A stretch of DNA of 64,000 nucleotides from an uncultured Leptospirales bacterium. GTDB taxonomy: Bacteria; Spirochaetota; UBA4802; UBA5368. The stretch covers positions 15,865 to 79,864 of the forward strand of contig CAZVEG010000002.1 in the NCBI GenBank assembly GCA_964625625.1. Direction: 5' to 3'. Positions 59,612 to 64,000 of the stretch are shown here, in pieces. Under the pieces are notes generated by a model. The model had not been told where the DNA came from, did no database searches, and saw only the letters and a list, made by a program, of their open reading frames with translations. Made by a program: the position numbers and the translations under genes. Numbering within the stretch: position 1 is the stretch's first letter; the number at the start of each line of letters is the position of its first letter.

Positions 59612-59913
59612 TCCGATTCCCCCCGGTAAATGAATACAGGCACCATGAGCACAATCCACATGGATCTTCGCGACGCATTTAAAGCCGGCAATCGACTATT
59701 CACGGCACGACTCTGATATAATCGATAAAATAAAGCCACCGCTTCAACAGTATTTATGCCCATCAACGCCATTTTCAGTCATTCACCATTTTCGAGTCCG
59801 GCAGCCATGCTCCGGTGACAATTATTGTCTTGACAATAAACTATGGAAACTATAATAGTTTTTTTAGTTTCCATCAGAGTATACTGCTATCTTTCCCTGA
59901 AGGGTATCCAATT

Positions 59914-60489
59914 ATGAGCGAATCCATCGTTAAACTGAAGATCATCGAAATATTCAAGCGCCTCTCGTCGGTTTTCGGCATCAGGGGAATCACTGTCGAC
60001 ATGATCGCCAGCGAGTGTGGCATATCAAAGAAAACGCTGTATAAATTCTTCAGGAGCAAGGACGAGCTCGTGGAGATCGTGTTCGACGCCATCCTCGACC
60101 AGATGCGGACGGAATTCAGAACCATCGAGCGGACCGAGTCCGACCCGCTCACCCGCCTGGATCGTTTTTTCGAAACGGCATACAGGCTTTTCGGCAGCAT
60201 CTCCAGGCCGCTTCTCCGCGACGTCAGGCGGTATTACCCGATCATCAATGAGAGAATTCGTGAATTCGAGCGCGAACAGGTCGATCTGTTCACCGGCACC
60301 ATCAGCAAAGGCATTCGCGCCGGCGTGTTTAAAAACATAGATCCCGCGATCGTGGTCGGGTTCCTGACCGGAGCGAGCAACGCCGTACTCAATCCGGACT
60401 TTATACTGCAGCACAATCTTACCGTCGAGGACAGCATCGTCGCATTCAAGAGCCTTTTTCTCTCGGGCCTCCTCGACCGGGCCAGGTGA
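59914..60489 (+). CDS. TetR/AcrR family transcriptional regulator
   Basis: N-terminal HTH (RGITVDMIASECGISKKTLYKFFRSKDEL) and a helical C-terminal ligand domain. Immediately upstream of the MMPL gene. Confidence 0.75.
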   Translation: MSESIVKLKIIEIFKRLSSVFGIRGITVDMIASECGISKKTLYKFFRSKDELVEIVFDAILDQMRTEFRTIERTESDPLTRLDRFFETAYRLFGSISRPLLRDVRRYYPIINERIREFEREQVDLFTGTISKGIRAGVFKNIDPAIVVGFLTGASNAVLNPDFILQHNLTVEDSIVAFKSLFLSGLLDRAR

Positions 60490-60496
60490 GGACCAC

Positions 60497-63184
60497 ATGC
60501 TGGACAGATACATCAGGTTCATCATCAACCGCCCCGGCACCGTCGTGACGGTTATCATACTCATCACCGTCGCGCTCGGAACCGGACTGCCGAAACTTCG
60601 CTTCGACAACTCCCTCGATTCCATGATGCCCTCCATGGATCCGGAATACATTCTCAACGAGCGGGTCAAAAAAACATACGGCAATAACGGGAAATTCATC
60701 ATAATGGATGTCGCCCCCGACGATCTCTGGAGCGACCCCCGCCTTCTCGAATTCGACAGCCTGATCGCCGACATCGAGGAGTACCGGATTTTCGACGAGG
60801 CACGCGAGTCGGAAAGACGCGAAAAATTCACTACAATATCCAACCGCATCCCGCCTGGGCGGGAGGAGCTTCTTGCGGCCTTTGATGATGATCCGGCCTA
60901 CCGGCGGCTTCTCGCGCGAAAAATCGCCGTACTTTTCGGAGACGAGCGATCCCTCGACCGCTCACGGATATCGATTCTCGTCCGGGAGCTTGAAAAGTCC
61001 GCGGCCGTGCGCGCCGAACGCCTGGTCGATAGAATCATTTCACCGTACACCATGAAAGATATATCCGGCCGGGACGACACTCTTTCCGCGTTTGACCTCG
61101 TCGAGCGCGACGATGACGATCACCGAATGGTACCGACATCCGCCACTGGTGCTTCAGAGCTCCGTGAACGTCTGATGACCAACCCCGCGTTCGAAAAGGG
61201 AATTTTCTATCGCGACCCCGCCTCGGGCGAGATCACCGACTTCGGGGTCCTCGTCCGCCTGCTGGATGTACGCGATTATGACGGCATCACCGCCGAGATG
61301 CAGGAGATCACGGAGAGCTATCCGGATCTTCACATCACGACGCAGGGAATTCCTGTTCTGTACCGACAGATCAACCGTTACATGCAGCACGATCTGCGGC
61401 TCTTCATGCCGCTGGTGATGCTGGTAATGGTGCTCGTTTTCTATCTCAACTTTCGCTCTCTTTCCGGCGTAATACTGCCGTTCATCACGCTCATCCTTGC
61501 CGACGTCTGGGTGCTGGGACTCATGGGTCATCTTGGCAGCAAGCTCACCGTCATCGGCATCTCGCTTCCACCGCTTATGATCGCGGTCGGGAGTTCCTAC
61601 TCCATTCACATACTCAACCGCTTCGCGCTTGATGCTGAACTCATACGCTCCCGCGGACCGCTCGAGGGAATCAGGACATCGCTCAATACCATTGCCGTCA
61701 CGCTGATCCTGGCGAGCCTCACAACCATGATCGGCTTCGCCACACTGGTCACCAACCAGGTCTCCGCCATCCGCGAATGGGGTTTGTACTCGGCGATCGG
61801 CACCCTCTTCGCCGTGGTCATCGCTGCCTCGCTCATTCCGGCGCTCTGTATCTTCCTTCCCGGGGCGCTGCGGGGGCCGGGCCGTATCGGAGAATCCTCA
61901 AAGAAGGCCCCGATCGATTTCATCGTTGCCTTTATGGCGCGCCTTGCAACCGGGCACACGCGCGCGGTCATGATCGTACTGGCCGTGATTCTCGGCCTTT
62001 CGGCCCTCGGCATAAGTTTTCTTAAAACCGAAACATCCATCAGCGCGTATTTCCGCGACGATGACACGATCAACGTAAGCGCCCGGCTCATCGGCGAGCG
62101 CTTCGGCGGAAGCATGGGGCTCAACATCCTCCTGGACTCGGGAAGAACCGATGGCGTAAAGGACCCCCGGTTCCTTGAAACCGTCGAAGAGGTCCGCGAC
62201 TGGCTGACCGCGGACAAGAATAAAGAATTCCAGATCGGACGAACCGATTCGTTCACCGACGTGATAAAGCGCATGCACATGGCCATGAACAACGACGAGC
62301 CCGCCGCCTACGCGATACCCGAATCCGAAACCGAGATAGCCGACTACCTGGAAATCTACTCCGGTGACGACCGGAATTCTGACGGCCGTGCCGACGACTT
62401 CGAGCCATACGTCGACCAGGATTTCCGCACCGTCAACCTTTTCGCCCGGATGTACGAGAAGGAGGGCGCGCCCCTTTCGACCTCCCGGCTCAACGAGATC
62501 ATCGCGTCCATACGCGCCGGTCTTTCGCCCATGCTCGAGAAACGCGGATACCGCCTGGCCATATCCGGTGAACCCATCATAATAATCCGGCTGGCAAGAC
62601 ACGTCGTTGCGGGCCAGCTTATGAGTCTCTTCCTTTCACTTGCCGTGGTCGGCATCGTTGTATCACTGCTCTTCAAAAACTGGAAGGCGGGCCTCGTGTC
62701 GCTCGTTCCGATCGGGATCGCCGTCGTCATCAATTTCGGCCTCATGGGATGGGCGGGCATACGGCTCGACATCGCGACCGCCATCATCGCGTCGATCACC
62801 ATCGGTATAGGCGTCGATAACACCATCCACTTTCTCAACACCTTCCGTTATCACAGGAGCGCCGGCAGGGATCTCGACGATACGATTCACACCACACTTT
62901 CGACCGCCGGGCGGGCGATCATCTATACGGCGCTTGCACTCATTCTCGGTTTCGCGGTGCTCGTCGTATCGAGCTTCAAGCCCATCGTCTTCTTCGCTTT
63001 GCTGGTCGGGGTCACGTTCATCGCGACCACGGTGGGTGCCCTGCTCGTTCTTCCGGCGGTCATCAGGGCAACGGGGGTCGATCTGGCGGAATCAACCTCC
63101 GGCTCGCGGTTCTGGAAATACTTTTATATCGGTAAAATATTCAACATCGAAGACCAGACTACATCTGGAGGAGGTTTACAATGA
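60497..63184 (+). CDS. MMPL/RND superfamily exporter (HpnN-like, 12 TM with two periplasmic loops)
   Basis: Two repeats of TM1 + large loop + five TM (SSD-like), with GIGVDNTIH-type motifs near TM helices. 895 aa. Confidence 0.85.
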   Translation: MLDRYIRFIINRPGTVVTVIILITVALGTGLPKLRFDNSLDSMMPSMDPEYILNERVKKTYGNNGKFIIMDVAPDDLWSDPRLLEFDSLIADIEEYRIFDEARESERREKFTTISNRIPPGREELLAAFDDDPAYRRLLARKIAVLFGDERSLDRSRISILVRELEKSAAVRAERLVDRIISPYTMKDISGRDDTLSAFDLVERDDDDHRMVPTSATGASELRERLMTNPAFEKGIFYRDPASGEITDFGVLVRLLDVRDYDGITAEMQEITESYPDLHITTQGIPVLYRQINRYMQHDLRLFMPLVMLVMVLVFYLNFRSLSGVILPFITLILADVWVLGLMGHLGSKLTVIGISLPPLMIAVGSSYSIHILNRFALDAELIRSRGPLEGIRTSLNTIAVTLILASLTTMIGFATLVTNQVSAIREWGLYSAIGTLFAVVIAASLIPALCIFLPGALRGPGRIGESSKKAPIDFIVAFMARLATGHTRAVMIVLAVILGLSALGISFLKTETSISAYFRDDDTINVSARLIGERFGGSMGLNILLDSGRTDGVKDPRFLETVEEVRDWLTADKNKEFQIGRTDSFTDVIKRMHMAMNNDEPAAYAIPESETEIADYLEIYSGDDRNSDGRADDFEPYVDQDFRTVNLFARMYEKEGAPLSTSRLNEIIASIRAGLSPMLEKRGYRLAISGEPIIIIRLARHVVAGQLMSLFLSLAVVGIVVSLLFKNWKAGLVSLVPIGIAVVINFGLMGWAGIRLDIATAIIASITIGIGVDNTIHFLNTFRYHRSAGRDLDDTIHTTLSTAGRAIIYTALALILGFAVLVVSSFKPIVFFALLVGVTFIATTVGALLVLPAVIRATGVDLAESTSGSRFWKYFYIGKIFNIEDQTTSGGGLQ

Positions 63185-63918
63185 GATCGTTTGTTATCGC
63201 GCTGTCGGCCGCGTTCGCGCTCGCCGCTTCCCCGCTCTTCGCACTGGACGGCAGGCAGATCATGGAAAAAAGTGACGCGCTTGCGCAACCAAGGAGCGTT
63301 CGCGCCGCCGTGCTCATGCTCGTGGACAAGGGCGGCAGGGTCGACGAGAAGGAATTCGAGCTTGTCGGGAAAAAGTACGGCGATGATGAAAAGGTCCTGC
63401 TTTCTTTCAGCCGCCCGACCAGCATTCGGCTTCTGACACACGCCTACAAGGGCCGTGAGGATGACCAGTGGCTTGGTCTCTCCTCGGGCAAGGTGAAGCG
63501 TATCGCGCTCGCCGATTCGGACAAACCGTTCGTCAATTCACATTTTTACTATGAGGACCTGAAGTCTCGCGACATCGACGATTACCGCTACACCCTCCTC
63601 GGCGACGCAAAAGCCGGCGGGGTGGACTGCTATAAGGTGGAGGCGAGCGCCTCGTCGAAAAAGCTCGTGTACGATAAGGCGGTCTTCTATGTGGACAAGG
63701 CCAGCTTTTTCGTAATGCGGATCGACATCTACATGAAAGGCGAGCTTCACAAATATTTGGAAAACCACGATATCAGGAACGTTAACGGAATCCTCACGCC
63801 GTTTCGCGCCGTCATGCACACCGCTGACGGCAGGGGGAAGACGGAGCTCAAAATAAAATCGGTGAATTACAACCTTCCGATTGCCGATTCGCAGTTTTCC
63901 AAGGAAGCACTCCGGTAG
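63181..63918 (+). CDS. LolA-like outer-membrane lipoprotein-sorting family protein (partner of the MMPL exporter)
   Basis: Signal peptide, about 245 aa, beta-rich. ATGA overlap with the MMPL gene. This pairing is a widespread conserved cassette. Confidence 0.65.
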   Translation: MRSFVIALSAAFALAASPLFALDGRQIMEKSDALAQPRSVRAAVLMLVDKGGRVDEKEFELVGKKYGDDEKVLLSFSRPTSIRLLTHAYKGREDDQWLGLSSGKVKRIALADSDKPFVNSHFYYEDLKSRDIDDYRYTLLGDAKAGGVDCYKVEASASSKKLVYDKAVFYVDKASFFVMRIDIYMKGELHKYLENHDIRNVNGILTPFRAVMHTADGRGKTELKIKSVNYNLPIADSQFSKEALR

Positions 63919-64000
63919 GCCCGCTTTCCGGCGGTGGAAGCGCTGATCATTCCGCCGCCGGAAGTCGTTTAAAACAGGATTTTCTCTATACCCTTTTTCT

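Overview
This is a GC-rich chromosomal segment from a diderm (Gram-negative-type) bacterium. It carries roughly 50 protein-coding genes and one small ribosomal protein gene. I found no rRNA, tRNA, CRISPR array, transposase or integrase by eye. The coding content is mostly housekeeping and envelope biogenesis:
- lysS, with a YqaA-type membrane protein immediately downstream;
- the conserved rpmH-rnpA-yidD-yidC-jag-mnmE operon, here without dnaA or mnmG next to it;
- pyruvate phosphate dikinase;
- anaerobic class III ribonucleotide reductase nrdD/nrdG;
- dsbD, htrA, a class A PBP, carD, a YacL-like PIN/TRAM protein, a methyl-accepting chemotaxis protein (MCP), nikR and a GH42 beta-galactosidase;
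- a TetR + MMPL/RND exporter + LolA-like cassette;
- an unusually large number of TPR proteins, lipoproteins, M23/M15 peptidases and surface proteins.

The most unusual observations are:
- a co-transcribed pair of ~1200-aa transglutaminase-like surface proteins (preceded by a TPR lipoprotein gene), in which one copy keeps the Cys-His-Asp triad and the other has Cys replaced by Pro;
- an nrdD whose glycyl-radical domain is encoded as a separate 65-aa ORF with its own RBS, between nrdD and nrdG;
- a PPDK carrying an in-frame ~110-aa Lys/Ala/Pro-rich histone-H1-like C-terminal tail;
- a radical SAM gene with non-canonical CX4CX2C spacing next to a cytidylate-kinase-like gene;
- a small AT-rich-flanked locus with a protein whose N-terminus resembles flagellin/FlgL, next to a protein I read as YbjN-like (secretion-chaperone fold);
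- several precise palindromes and near-consensus promoters in intergenic regions, including a perfect 12-bp inverted repeat directly upstream of carD.

Many long antisense ORFs in the six-frame track are artefacts of high GC. All functional calls rest on motif recognition by eye, not database searches.
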